From NCBI GenBank assembly GCA_964016885.1, contig OZ024742.1, positions 306,280,001-306,344,000 of the forward strand: DNA of 64,000 nucleotides, written 5' to 3'. The DNA is from Eledone cirrhosa. Taxonomy: Eukaryota. The translations under genes were made by a program, and so were the position numbers. Within the stretch, counting starts at the first letter, position 1; every line of letters starts with the position of its first letter. The notes beneath the pieces were generated by a model. The model ran no database searches. It saw only the letters and a list, made by a program, of their open reading frames with translations, and had not been told where the DNA came from. Below are positions 28,882 through 42,583 of this stretch, one piece after another.

Positions 28882-29920
28882 AAATGTAATTTCAGCGAGA
28901 TCGAATTTCGGATGTGGTCGAAAACAAAGCGAAGCGCAATATCCGAGTTATGCTGGCAAGCGATCCATGGACCAAATAAAGACCAGAGCAATAAACATAG
29001 GTTATACAGGCCAAACAAACTGAGATGGCGGTCAAGAAGCCATCAACCAGCAAAGCCAAACAGACGAGGCAAACCAAACAGGTCAAACACAATAATTGAA
29101 TATTTACCCAGCCCCCTTGGTAAATATAGTATAATCCAGTAAAGGGTTTCTGCGACACCTAAAACGATTATACTGCCTGCTTAAATAATAAGTTTTTGAT
29201 ATAATTATCGAACAAAGCTGTCAATTCGTCAAGAGGCATTTTGTTCTACGCCAGCATGCAGGATTACGCAGAAGTATGTAGTAGTAAAACCACGTGTGTA
29301 ACTCTGCAAGGGAGAAAACCCCAGATTTTGGCAGATGAATTCAGTAAGTGTAAAATTAATGCAATAATTGCAAAAACTCTCGACCGGGCAGTTTTTAAAA
29401 TAAACTTAAGCGATTAATCAGTCAATAGTATTATCTAATAAAATTAACTGGTTAATTGCTAGACTCGGGGAGATTAATACAAATATAATTTCAGCGAGAT
29501 AGAATTTCGGATGTGGTCGAAAACAAAGCGAAACGCAATATCGGAGTCATGCTGGCAAGCGCTCCATGGACCAAATAAAGACCAGAGCAATAAACATAGG
29601 TTATAAAGGCCAAACAAACTGAGATGGCGGTCAAAACACCATCAACCACCAAAGCCAAAAAGACGAGGCAATCTGAACAGGTCAAACAAAATAATTGAAT
29701 ATTTACCCGGCCCCTTGGAAAAGATGGTATAATCCAGTAAAGGGTTTCTGCGACACCTAAATCAATTATACTGCCTGCTTAAATAATAAGCTTTTGGTAT
29801 AATGATCTAACAAGGCTGTCACTTCGTCAACAGACATTTTGCTCTACGCCAGCATGCAGCATTACGCAGAAGTATGTAGTAGTAAAACCAGGTGTGTAAC
29901 TCTGCTAGGGAGAAAATCCC
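28882..29920. repeat. Two ~440-bp diverged direct repeats (28882-29321, 29481-29920), period ~599
   Basis: taatttcagcgagat..ggtcgaaaacaaagcgaa..ggagaaaa repeated; fragment also at 19319-19362. Confidence 0.85.
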
Positions 29921-29956
29921 TTACCCACTCTACTACCCTAAGTATAATATATATAA

Positions 29957-30152
29957 AACGAAGGAAGTGTGGTAATGAACCAGATGGACCATAACGAACC
30001 AGAGTACTCAATACTTAGGGTAGTAGAGTGGGTAATAGGAAAATGTTAGACCCCGACGGCAGAGCCCAAGCCGTTTCGACGGCTATTTCTGGACAGAAGC
30101 TAAGGTGAAACAACTCTTCTCGGTATGGTGAACTAACTGTTGTGTAACCACT
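29957..30152. mobile_element. Head-to-head chimera of two different PLE-like 3' termini
   Basis: 29957-30092 matches 22471-22606; 30102-30152 matches 13851-13902; (TA)n on both sides. Confidence 0.75.
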
Positions 30153-30159
30153 TATATAT

Positions 30160-30242
<83 letters not shown>

Positions 30243-30247
30243 TGGTT

Positions 30248-30295
<48 letters not shown>

Positions 30296-31340
30296 CGGAC
30301 ATCCCTTATTAGTCGAATTGTGTTTTAACATTTCTTGATCGAGAAATGAATTACTAGAATTATGGTCGAATCTTTACTCACTGTCTCACTTGCTCAGACT
30401 CTCTTGCTCTCCACCTTATACTTGTAATTCAAATGACCGGCTGCCTCTTACTGCATGACACTGAGTCATCCTAAGAATTGCGTTAATGGTAGACTTATAT
30501 ATCTGTGTATCATACAGACATCAATTCAGGATACCGCGTAGAAGCACCCGCATTTGGCGAGTGTGTATACAAAACCTAAGTTTGTTCCTGTTTGGGGCAT
30601 TTTGTGTCTACAGGCATTGTGTTGAAGTGCATAACTCTAGAACTTCTTAACATTGGTAATTTGTAATTTTATATAGACGTACATCGTATGGAGAAATTGC
30701 GATAGTGTATACCTAAACTTTGAGTTTGCTTCTGTACGCGTCCTTTTGCATTTATAAGTCGAATTATATGTGTGCCTTTGTGTAACTGCATTGATATGTA
30801 ACGTTGATAGATTTATAAATTAATTTTGATTTACACTGCATGTGGATAGAATTCGTTTTGTTTATATATATATGTGTGTGGCTAGGTAAACGTAAGCGTT
30901 TCGAGGTGTGTGTTTCTACGTGTGTACCAGGCGTCTCAAATGTGGGAATGATTGAGTGTGTTTGGGTCAGATGGTTTGGAATATTAAGTGTACAAATTGA
31001 AAAACAATAAAGAGTAAAACAATTCTGAAGAGACCAGTTACGAAACATGAGTATGCGTTATTAAGATCAACGAAACCATCATCATCAATATGATTTACAA
31101 CACTATCACAATCACCATGATCATGAGGACCACTCGACGACGAGCACCACCACCAGCATCACCCCCACTACCGCCAACAGTACCAGCACAATCGTCTTCA
31201 CCATCCTCCTGCTGTGACTGTCAAAAATACCCCCCAGCACAACCCTCATCAATAACAATATCAGCAATAGCACCGGTGCCACGAACATCATTATCATCTC
31301 CATTCTAATGAAGAAGTATTACACCATTAATATAAAGGAA

Positions 31341-31484
31341 AGGTCGGACGCCATGCTTTGACGCATAGAGTTTCGGCCCTTGTTAACTTTGGTTAACTTT
31401 GCCTTTCATCCTTAAGGGATCGATAAAATAAAGTACCAGTAATACACTGGATAATTGCTGGCCTTGTGCCAAAAGTAGAAACAA
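31341..31484 (+). mobile_element. Partial SINE family A
   Basis: ggtcggacgccatgctttgacgcatagag plus core and tail; flanking attaatataaaggaaa duplicated. Confidence 0.85.
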
Positions 31485-31633
31485 TTAATATAAAGGAAAA
31501 ATTATTCCCAAAATACAACCCAAAACCGCCTGGCGCCGCGGTCGGGATTTTACATATCTCAATACCCACACTGTATTTCCCCATGCATTGAGTACTCCCA
31601 TGATTAGTTCTCTCCTCGGTCTTAGCACTGCAG

Positions 31634-31700
<67 letters not shown>

Positions 31701-31704
31701 TCAC

Positions 31705-31735
<31 letters not shown>

Positions 31736-31848
31736 TAATTTAATATATCTACTAACATAAGCGCACAGATGTACGCTAATGCCAGCAAATACACAGGTTA
31801 TGTCATAGTACCTAGGTGGTTCAATGCAGGAGGATGCAGAACAATAAT

Positions 31849-32404
31849 ATAAAAGACGTAAAATAAGAAAATTTTAAAAATTTTTTTTAAAAATTAACTT
31901 ACTTACTTAAATTTTCACTCCAACTAATTAGTTTCTGCAATGGGATAAAGACAGTTACGTAATGAACTGTTGAGAATTTCATTGCATCATCAGGGAGGTC
32001 TATTCTCAGCCAAGTCTCCAGGCAATGCGCGGACACTGGGGACTCATATAAAAATAATAATAATTCGGTAAATGGAACAGCTATCGGGGACTGGATTCCA
32101 GGCACTGAAAATTCTCGCTGCCGCTGGTCAAATGGCCGATTCTAAAGAATCAATCACGTGACACTGAGGCTAGTCGGTAGGAATGGGATGGTAAGATGAC
32201 AGACGCCTACTGACACCCCCAAAAAAATTTTTAGTAGTGGTTTTGGCAGGTTTGCTCGACAAATCAGTGATGACGTAATGAAATTCTCAACAGTTCATTA
32301 CGTAACTGTCTTTATCCCATTGCAGAAACTAATTAGTTGGAGTGAAAATTTAAGTAAGTAAGTTAATTTAAAAAAAATTTTTTTTAAATGTTCTTATTTT
32401 ACGT

Positions 32405-32410
<6 letters not shown>
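31849..32410. mobile_element. Inverted-repeat element (~140 bp arms 31849-31992 / 32268-32410), probable PLE pLTR fold-back
   Basis: Near-perfect inverted arms; left arm holds a complete HHR; right end abuts (TA)n. Confidence 0.75.
31918..31997 (-). ncRNA. Type I hammerhead with long stem II
   Basis: Minus strand: ctcc-CTGATGA-tgcaatg[..acagtt..aactgt..]cattgca-GAAA-ctaattag-TT-ggag. Confidence 0.82.
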
Positions 32411-32492
<82 letters not shown>

Positions 32493-32626
32493 AAGGAGTG
32501 TAATGCGAAGATCAATACAGTTCGAACCTTGAGCTGATCAGTAGCGAAACGCGCGTCACCAACCAATAAACGTAATGAAGGAGTAACCATCCGTATTATT
32601 ATTATTATTATTATTAATATGCCTTC

Positions 32627-32766
32627 CAGCATAGTTACGTCCCTTTACGATCTGAGTTCAAATCCCGCCGAGGTTGACTTTGCCTTTCATCTTTACGGGG
32701 TCGATAAAATAAAGTACCAGTAATGCACTGGTGATTGCTGGCCTTGTGCCTAAAGTAGAAACAATT
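32627..32766 (+). mobile_element. 5'-truncated SINE family A ending in (TTA)n
   Basis: Matches 24033-24175. Confidence 0.85.
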
Positions 32767-32998
32767 ATTATTATTATTATTATTGGCGACCTACGTAGGA
32801 AATCGTATCATCGTGAGCTCCGCAACGGTTTGTTGTTTTCGTTTGTTTAAAATTGCCATTTATGAAAAATGTTTGTTCTTAACTATTTATAAGGTCACAA
32901 AATTTGCTTCCGGAAAATGACACTCAAAACGATTGGGGCCTTGAGCCCAAAATTTAAACTTTTATAATTATCAAACAAAGAAATTTCTTTGAAAAATC

Positions 32999-34859
32999 AT
33001 GGACCACTCACAGCCACACCTTCCTCACAAACTAACACCTCACACCGACACCGCCATTGTAAATATAACTACGTTTGCCAACACTAAAAATATAAGCAGT
33101 AGCAATAATTTTAATTTGTCTCATGCAGACATTCATTTCCCGCCATTACCAATGACTGCAGGTGTTGAAGCCGCCACCCTACCACCACCACAGCGACAAC
33201 AGAAACAAAAGAAAAAAAAAAATTATCTCATGACATCGAAATGGATTCACCCAGAATGGACTCTTCCACACCGAACACCACTGACGCCACCACTACCACA
33301 ACTGAAACTAAAAATAACAATAACAAAAATAACGATAACAACAATAGCAACAACAACAATGAGAATAAGAAAACCACCCTGTCTTTTGCCAGAGCAGCAA
33401 AAAAGTGCGAAGCAATCCAGGTAACTCAAGAGGAATTAGATGAAGCCAAGAGAATGGTAAAGAAAGATGGGTACAGGGTCACCTAATAAAATGGAGCATC
33501 GGCGCCTATGCATCGTGTCTTATCGGACGATTAACATAAAATCGCGCCGAGTGGAACGGGCATCCGAGTCCCAAATCCAAAAAACATTGGGACATGTGTG
33601 GGCAAAAAACCACATCAGACGTGGGAAGAAATATGGAACCGTGGACGTGTTCTTTGGAACACCACAGGAGGCCAGAGAACACTTCATGGCCCCATGAAGA
33701 AGTGACGACTTCACACTTGTCCCAAGCTATTGTGGCCAGGGACTCGTGAAGATTAGGGTGACCCACGTTCCACCGGCCATTAAGATTCCCTGGCTAATGG
33801 CTGCCGCCCTCGCCGGCATCGAGGCCAACACCAACATAATCGAAATAGCGAAAGAAAAGCAGGAGAACTGTTCCGGATCTGGGATGGAGCTCCTGATCCA
33901 AGCGGACCAAAAAAGCATTGATGAGATCCCAGAAGTAATAGACCTCACTGACAGCAGCCACCTCACCGTAATCGTCGAGGGCAGAAGGCCTAGATGTGTC
34001 ATTTGTGGTGAAGGAACCCACCTAAAGGCTTTCTGCCCTCAGGCTAAAAAGTTGAAGCCACCTCTCTTACCCACCCCAGTGACTCAACCATCAATACCAC
34101 CAGCAACAACTGTAGCAGCAACAACAGAAGCAACTGTAACAGCAAAAACCCCAGCAACAGTAGCAAAACCAACACCCCCACCACCCAACGCGCCTTAAAT
34201 AGCACCAGCGCCTACACCATCCACCACGCCACAATCAAAACCAACGCCTGTGGAGGATTTACCACTCCCCGACCTATCGCATCTGGAGACAGATTGTGAC
34301 GACGAGGAGTGGGAAACGGCATCAGAAAAAGAGAAAAAGAAGCCAAAAAAGAAAAAATTCTCTTCCATTCCCCCTCCAAAAACAAAATACAGAGAGAAAC
34401 AAATAAACTATCAAACAAAAAAGTTAGGACAGCTATGCCACCATCCACACCAGGATCACCAACCCCATCACCACAAACACCAACACCATCATTAACCCCA
34501 ACACCACCATCACCTACACCACAAAAGTCACCAAAATGCGAAACAGAAACAATCCCACAACAAACACAAACAAAACAAAACAACCAAAACGATACACACT
34601 ACACAGCATTAAATTTGAACATCAACCAATTATTACACTAAATCCAACACAACACCAGCATCACAGAAAAAGACTACACAACAGCCCAAAAGTTCACACC
34701 ACCTCCGCACATACAAAAAAATCGCATCACACAGAAAACGTATACGACACTAAAACAAAAATTCCCCAAAGACATCGAAGACTTCCGACACGCACTCTCC
34801 AGGTGGATTTACAAGCAGTGAAAACCATGGAGAAACCATCCTTCCTCTACGAGAAGTAA
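32999..34859 (+). pseudogene. LINE ORF1 (gag-like, CCHC zinc knuckle), frameshifted
   Basis: SFARAAK, RVTHVPP, VIVEGRRPRCVICGEGTHLKAFC, Pro/Thr-rich tail, EEWET..KKK. Confidence 0.8.
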
Positions 34860-34898
34860 GGCAAGTGCTCTTTCCCATCTTTTCCACTCCATTTCAAC

Positions 34899-37816
34899 AT
34901 GACCTCACTCAGAATAGGCAGCATAAATGCGCGTGGCTTGGGATCGTTATGAAAGCAGGGTCATCTGCTCATCGACCTCAGGTCACTAAACATAGATGTA
35001 GTGGCCATCAGCGAGACCAGAATCTCCGAAGCACGGGCCTTCGCACCGATCTTCGGCGGCTACGATGTGTACGCATCTCCCAGCCGTTTTCGGAGAGGTT
35101 TGGATCTCGCTATACGGGCCATCCTCCTGGACCCAGAAGGTAAGTTGGTGGTGCTGGGCGTGACCAGCGGAGACGGGCAAGCTTTCAGGTTAGTGGCCGT
35201 CTATGCCCCGACAGGAGCAGGGCGGCCTGATTTCTTCCGGCGTCTGGAGACCTTTCTTGGAACGTCCCGCTCTTTAGTGTTAGTGGGCGACTGGAACGGG
35301 ATCTTAGATGCACGCTGGGACTGTGTGGGATTTGCGGATAGGGGAGGAGGGTGCAAGAGCCTCACCAACCTGCTCAGGCGTTTTGAACTGACAGGTACCG
35401 ATTGGATTTCCAATGATGTCTTGGACAAACCGCATAGGGTCATCCAGATCATATCTAGATAGAGTATTTTGTAGCGAAATAGATAGGTCTAGCATAGGCT
35501 GTCCACAATTCAAGATAGTCAGCTACACGGACCACAAATTCGTGATCTGTGTGCTTGACTTAGATGGCTTCATAGACGAGGACCCGGCTACTGGAAGCTA
35601 AACGCGTCCTTACCAGGCGCAAGGTTTACAGAGACCGGATTAGCGAACTAGTTAAGCGGGCGTTGACGGGGACCATCGTCAACAACGAATGGTGGTTTCC
35701 TCTGAAAAGAGCGATTAGAATAGAGTCCATTAGGTTTAGTAAAGCTTTAGCATTGAGAAAAGTAGAGCAGAGGGAGAACTATTTAGAAAATTAGACGCGG
35801 CGCTTAGTAAAGGCATCGCGACCGACGTGCTTGCGGCGAAATTGGCTCTTCACCAATTCTTCAATGCAAAGCATGAAGGCTGCGTTGTCAGAGCTAGGGT
35901 GCGTGCTCTCCGACACGAGGGGACGAAAGCCGTTCAGTGGGGCCGAGTGGCGGAGGCGCGTCGTGGCAACAAGGCAACGATCCGGTCTTTGGTGGACCAC
36001 GATGAGCGCATGCTACTCAATCCCGGGCAAATGTGTGAAGCTTTTCCGCGACACTTCGCTCAACTGTTCGGGGGGAGCAGCGGGCCGGTCCGAGGGATGG
36101 ACTTTACTGTCTACCTCGACGGACTGCCGCAGCTCTCGGCCACTGAGGCGGAGTGTTGCGAACAGCCGATAACCTCCACCTCATGCGATACATCGTAGAG
36201 AGGGTAGCTAGGGAACAGGGCACGAGTGGGTCCTTGATCAATTTAGATCAGTCGAAAGCTTTCGATAGGGTCGACCATCGTTACCTAGCAGCAGTCTTGA
36301 GGGTGGCTGGCTTTGGGCCCGTCTTCAGAAGCTGGATCGCTGCCATGCATAGCGACATATGCTCTGTGGGAGAGTGAACGGTCACCTTTCGGAACCCTTC
36401 AAGATCATGCGCTCGGTCCGCCAAGGATGTCCCCTCTCGTCCCTCTTGTACGTATTGACTCTCGAGCCATTACTGCACAAACTGGAGACGTTGAGGGGGA
36501 CCTGCGCGAATTAGGATGCGGAAGATCCGTGTCAGCATATGCGGACGATGTCACCGTAGTGGTGTCGAACGCCAAACACATCGAGGCGATCGGCACTACA
36601 CTAAGAGAATACGAAGCGGTGACAGCAGCAATGATCAACCAGGAAAAGTCAGTGGGCCTGCAGCGCGGCACCTGGAGAGGCAGGTCCATGCCGTCCAACA
36701 GGGTCGTCGGGCGCTGGACGGACGGACCGGTTACATTGCTAGGGGTCTGGTTCGGTCTGGACCTCCAGACGGACAAACACTGGGACGAGGTGACGAGCAG
36801 AGTGGCTTCTCTCACCCAGAAATGGGCGGAGAGGAGCTATCGCTGAACCGTCGTACCTTGTCCTAAGCCCCGCCAGACTGCGCTGGAGCGTTTGTCTTTC
36901 GCTTTTTGTGGAAGGGACGCGCTCCGATGGTCAGGCGCTCCATCAGCTGTCAACACCCGCTACATGGAGGGCTGGGAATGCCGTGGCTGATGATGCGCAG
37001 ACACGCGCTCAGACTACGACATCTCCACCTCTTCCTCGACGGTGATCAGGTGAGGTCGCCGTTTGCTAGACACGTATTTCCCCAGCTCGTCTCCTTGACG
37101 GAGCTGCAGTCCTGGGTCAAACGAAGACCGAGAGGGAGCGCTTGGCGTCTGGAATGTCTTCAGGCGCTCACAGCCCTCGACCAATCGGGCAATGTGATCG
37201 GTGGAAACTCCACCTCGGCGTTCTATAGAGGATTAGTGGATGGGAAGAGCCACGACGTACTTGGGGAAACTCTAGGCGTCGACAAAAATCAACTAGCCAA
37301 TCTCTTCGGAAGAACTTTCGGGCCGAGGCCTATGGACAACTTTCAGAAATCCCTGGCCTGGCAGTGATACCGAGGAGCTTTGCCAGTTCGGGATAAACTC
37401 TACAGGCATGGATGTGCCTTCAGCCGTGCATGTCCGAGATGCGCGCAGGGCGACGAAACCGTCCTGCACGCACTCGTCCAGTGTCCGAGCATTGCTGACT
37501 TGTGGGTTTATGTCGAACACCTGCTGTCGTGTGTAGGACGGATCCAGCTATCAGCTGAGTCCATCGGGAAGGGCAGGCAGTTTTTATCTGTCTGGTGGCC
37601 ATGTCGAAAGAGATAGTAAGGTGGACACGTTTGAAAGGGCTGAAGACGAGCACTTGCCTCTTCGGTGATGCCCTGATTAACTTTTTCAAATTTCATTTGA
37701 AAAGGAAAATCAGGGTAGAGAGGGAAGTGCTCTCTTCCCAGCATTTTGTTGAAAGATGGGTGAGAGAGGCAAGAATGGCCCGAGTCAATCGGCCTACTCT
37801 GAGTATGTGTCTGTAA
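34899..37816 (+). pseudogene. LINE ORF2 (APE endonuclease, RT, Zn finger) with frameshifts and an internal deletion near 36170
   Basis: SINARGL, ISET, VYAP, VGDWN, SYLDR, TDH; [30 protein letters not shown]; CPRC..ETVLHALVQC. Confidence 0.9.
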
Positions 37817-38077
37817 ATTAAAGGTGGAAAACTGGGAGAGGGCACTTTCCCCGGTGGTCAGGGTCATTGTGGCTTTTTAATGGGCTTTCTCCACAAATGT
37901 CCCTCGGAAGTCTTCCCCGTTATGGGAAATTTTTCATTGTTATTCTTTTGTTACATCCTCTGTTTTTGTGTTTTACACGCAGAAATGCCCCTTTGTACCG
38001 TCCTGTATTGTCCTGTACTGTCCTTAATGTCTACTTTATGTAAACCCTTGTGGATAATAAAGAAAGTATTATTATTA

Positions 38078-38152
38078 TACGGGGTCGATAAAATAAAGTA
38101 CCAGTAATGTACTGGGTAATTGCTGGCCTTGTGCCAAAAATAGAAACAATTA
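38078..38152 (+). mobile_element. 3' fragment of SINE family A directly after the LINE tail
   Basis: ggggtcgataaaataaagtaccag..tagaaacaatta. Confidence 0.85.
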
Positions 38153-39618
38153 TTTAAGTCCCGTAACTTCACGATACACAAAAAATTAGATATTGATAAC
38201 ATAAATCAGACAAAAATCAATAAATAGTGAGGTCAATATGATCGGCTAAACATCTTCGTGTCTGTGTGTACCAGCATGGCTGCATACTATGATATAACAC
38301 TGTAAAAGAATAAAAGAAAAACATGTATGATATAAAATATTGAAGGTAGAAAATTATATACACACAAAAATACAGAGATAGTGGGATGAATTAGAAGAAT
38401 AGACATATTACTGCTGCTACTTCGTATTTTACCGCTGTGATTAATATGGAAGGTCTCGCTTATGATGATAGTGAAGATAGAAGACATATGCACCGGAATA
38501 AAAGGAGTGGGGATAAGTAGAGTCTGAGAGAGAGAGAGGAAGGTGTTGGAGGAAGAAGAACGAAAATGCTGGGATGAGGGAGAAGGGGTAGGATTGATAA
38601 AGAAGGCACGGGGTTTGATATTGTTGATGTTATGCGATTATTGTGAGTGGATGAGGAAGGTAGTCGTGGAGAGTTTATCTGGCCGGCTTTTCGCTCTAGG
38701 ATGTCATTGATCTTTTAGAAGCTACAGGGTGAGTCAAGTTCAACCAGTCGAGCGGAGTGCATGGATTGCAACGGGAGATGTGAAGGGAGGGGAAAATATC
38801 ATACAGTCAATACATAGATTAATAGAGCAACACAATACAAAAAACAAACAATCAGATAATGTGAATTAGTAAGAAATAAAATCCACTCCCTGATTGATCA
38901 AAGAAAACAGATTCAATGGTCATAAGTTCAAACCCGTTAGCAATATTGATATTAACAAACCACCAATGTTATTGCCTATGCCTACTATGAACTGGTAGTA
39001 AAATTATACTAGCAATCACTTCATACAGAAGATAAGACCGTGAAGTTCTATGGTGGATATGGGGAATTCACTGTAATAGCAACATTAACGTATAATATCA
39101 TTTTACCACACGAAACAGTAAGACATTCGTGTTTTTTTTTTTTAGATATTAACGGTTATTCTGAGTTAAGCAACCTATTGTTCATATTCCCCAACTACAC
39201 CGCAAGAAATAGAAGTTTTTACGGGGAGGTTTGTAGTCAGTTGATATTTTATCTGATAAAACATAATCACCAAACAATACATATTTACGAAAATTCACAT
39301 TTATTCATTCAAATAATTAAATATATTACAGTTCATCCCATCTACGTTTAGTTAATAAGTTAATATCATTTATATTATCTGAAGCATATGCATGCAAATA
39401 TGACTTTTATAGCAAACTGAAACATTACAATACACCTAGAAATACCGACTTTACCCATAATTTTAGTAGAGACTCACACACTGGAGCCCCCAACACACAC
39501 AAAGACCCCCCTCATATATATACATATATGTGTGTACGTAAAGACACACACATGCACGCACGCACACAAAGACCCCCTCTCATATATATACATATATGTG
39601 TGTACGTAAAGACACAGC

Positions 39619-39662
<44 letters not shown>

Positions 39663-39768
39663 TATATATCTATAAGGAAAAGAAATTGAAAATACGAGTT
39701 TTTTTAAGATATATTTCCTTTACTGGTTTCACAGTAGAATTGAGATGGAGGGTTTGTGGCTTTTCTAT

Positions 39769-39802
<34 letters not shown>

Positions 39803-39806
39803 ATAC

Positions 39807-39884
<78 letters not shown>

Positions 39885-40072
39885 GTATATGTATAATACT
39901 AGCCAGTAATGCCCGCACTATATGCAAACGAGTATCTCCAAAACTGTACTGCGTAAGCCTCACAGTGGATGACCAAAAATGCTTAGTCATTCAACTACAA
40001 ACTGGCCACTGATTATCCTTCCTTTTCAACATCATCACCATCAACATAATCACACACGTGAATATTAAATTT

Positions 40073-40182
40073 TCTTCTTCTTCTTCTTCTTCTTCTTCTT
40101 CTTCTTCTTCTTCTTCTTCTTCTTCTTCTTCTTCTTCTTCTTCTTCTTCTTCTTCTTCTTCTTCTTCTTCTTCTTCTTCTTC
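40073..40182. repeat. (TTC)n microsatellite
   Basis: ~36 perfect units. Confidence 0.95.
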
Positions 40183-40633
40183 ACATCATTGTCGTCTCGC
40201 CATCGTCTTCTTCATATCTGTTGTTGTTTTTTATTATTATTTTTAATATTATTATTATTGTTATTATTGTCAATCGTAGTATAGTTTGTCATAATTCTCT
40301 ACCTCAACATATGCATAATCATCATCATCATCATCATTATCATCATCGTCATTATCTTCATCATTATCATCATCAGCTTAAGTATCATCATGTTTGGAAC
40401 TTATTCATTTTTATTCTACGTAATTTCTCTCCTACAGTTTGTCATGCTGCTCAGCTCCTTAAACTAAAATTTATTTATTTATTTATCTGTTCATGTATTT
40501 ATATATATTTAGTTCTCAACCACTAATGACCAATAGCAAGGGAACATGCTTGGGAATCTGAAGTAGCATCGAAAAACGGTCGAGATGCACGTCTCCTGCA
40601 TATGATGATGACTGCCATGCTATAAATGGTATG

Positions 40634-40732
<99 letters not shown>

Positions 40733-40787
40733 CACATATATATATATATATATATAAATATATATATATACATACATATATACATAC

Positions 40788-40868
<81 letters not shown>

Positions 40869-40943
40869 TATATATATATATGTATGTATATATACACACA
40901 TATATATGTGAGTATGTGAGTGTGTGCATCTATTTTTATATGC

Positions 40944-40989
<46 letters not shown>

Positions 40990-41072
40990 ATATATAAATA
41001 TATATGTATGTATATATATATATATATATATATACATATATGCATATATATGTATATTTATATATATTTATA

Positions 41073-41156
<84 letters not shown>

Positions 41157-42069
41157 GTATGCATGAGTGTCATATGTGGAGCGTGTGCATGTGTCTGTAT
41201 TTGCTACAATACCCACAACCACCACTGCATTTCTCAACTTCTGAAAACCAGAACATCAATAACTAATATACTATGAACATGAATTTGAATAATATGAATC
41301 TGAGAAAGTTAAGTCGTCTTATCAGCCTTCCACCCACACACCACCAAATGTAAGAATAACATAAATAAACAAACAAAGATAAGAAAATAACAATGGCAGT
41401 AAAAATAAAAGAACGATGAGGAGGAGGAGGAGGAGGAAGAAAACTAACTCTATGACAGAAAAAATATTCGAAGAATTGGAGAATTTAGAAATAACTTTGC
41501 GAAAGAAAGTTAGCTTGCATGAGAGAAGAAGGAAATGATATGTCAAATATTTGTGTTTGACTCATAATTCATTTGATAACCTCTTAACACACAAGTTGCT
41601 TTCTCCCGAAGAAAGTTTAGAGAAGCTATTTCATGCAATGGATTGAAGAGGTGAACGATAAAATGGTGAAAAGATGAAACAATCACCACAATAGTATACA
41701 CCTATTTGCTTATTTTAATTTATCTTTGTTTGACCCAAGCTTGATTTGATTTTAAATTGAGTTTCTTTCTAGTTTTGATTTTCGTTTTGATTTTCTCTAT
41801 GAGGTTTGGTTTGCTTCTGCTCACGTTCCATATATCTACATAGATACGTTTATATACAAATACACACGCAGCACGTAAAAACTTACTCGCTCACACATGG
41901 AGTGACTCGCGCATACACATACACATTGAACGATTACAACCAGACTTAATTAAACAGACAACTATTTTAAGGTTTACCAATTTTATCTGAAACGAATAAA
42001 ACGTATTAAGCGAATGAATATCACTTTTCAAATATTTAAATAGCATATACAAGTGAAAAACCTATTATA

Positions 42070-42583
42070 TAATTGTTTCTACTTGTTACACAGGGCCAGC
42101 AATTACCCCAACGATGCTTTATTTTATCGACCCCGTAATGATGAAAGGGAAAGCTAACTTCGGCGGGATTTGAACTCAGGGCGTAACTCTATGCTACAAA
42201 GCATGATAATTGACGCTCTACCCATACTGGCATTCACTACCAATATATAATGTGGTTTAGACAAAAGTATTCAGTCAAAAACTTCATCAATCGAACACAA
42301 ACACATATAAAATATGACCTCAACAAAGTTTTTGAAACGGCCAAGTGAAATCTAAGCATAGAAATTGCATCTTGCATGAGAGATCTGCAAAATATTAAAG
42401 GATCAAAACAAAAATGTTCTATCAAAATCCATATTGGTTTCTGAATTAGACACAAGGCAAACAATTTTGAGGGAAGGTAAAGTCGATTGAATCGAACCCA
42501 ATGCATTACTGTTACTTTATTCTATCGACTCCATTTTATCGATCCCGTAAGGATGAAAGGCAAAGCTAACCTCAGCAGGATTT
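42070..42583 (-). mobile_element. Two diverged SINE family A copies (42070-42240, 42435-42583)
   Basis: ttttatcgaccccgtaa..gatgaaagg..ggatttgaactcag. Confidence 0.75.

Larger units (their letters stand above)
32785..38077 (+). mobile_element. Full-length degraded L1/Tx1-clade LINE
   Basis: 5' UTR, ORF1, ORF2, 3' UTR with aataaag and (tta)n tail; (TTA)n on both sides. Confidence 0.9.

Noticed and set aside
31020-31062. CTGAAGA-gaccagttac-GAAAC
   Set aside because: No UH triplet or stem I partner
31849-32410. MITE with 140-bp TIRs
   Set aside because: The arm contains a full hammerhead and the other arm breaks at its core, so an inverted pLTR is more likely
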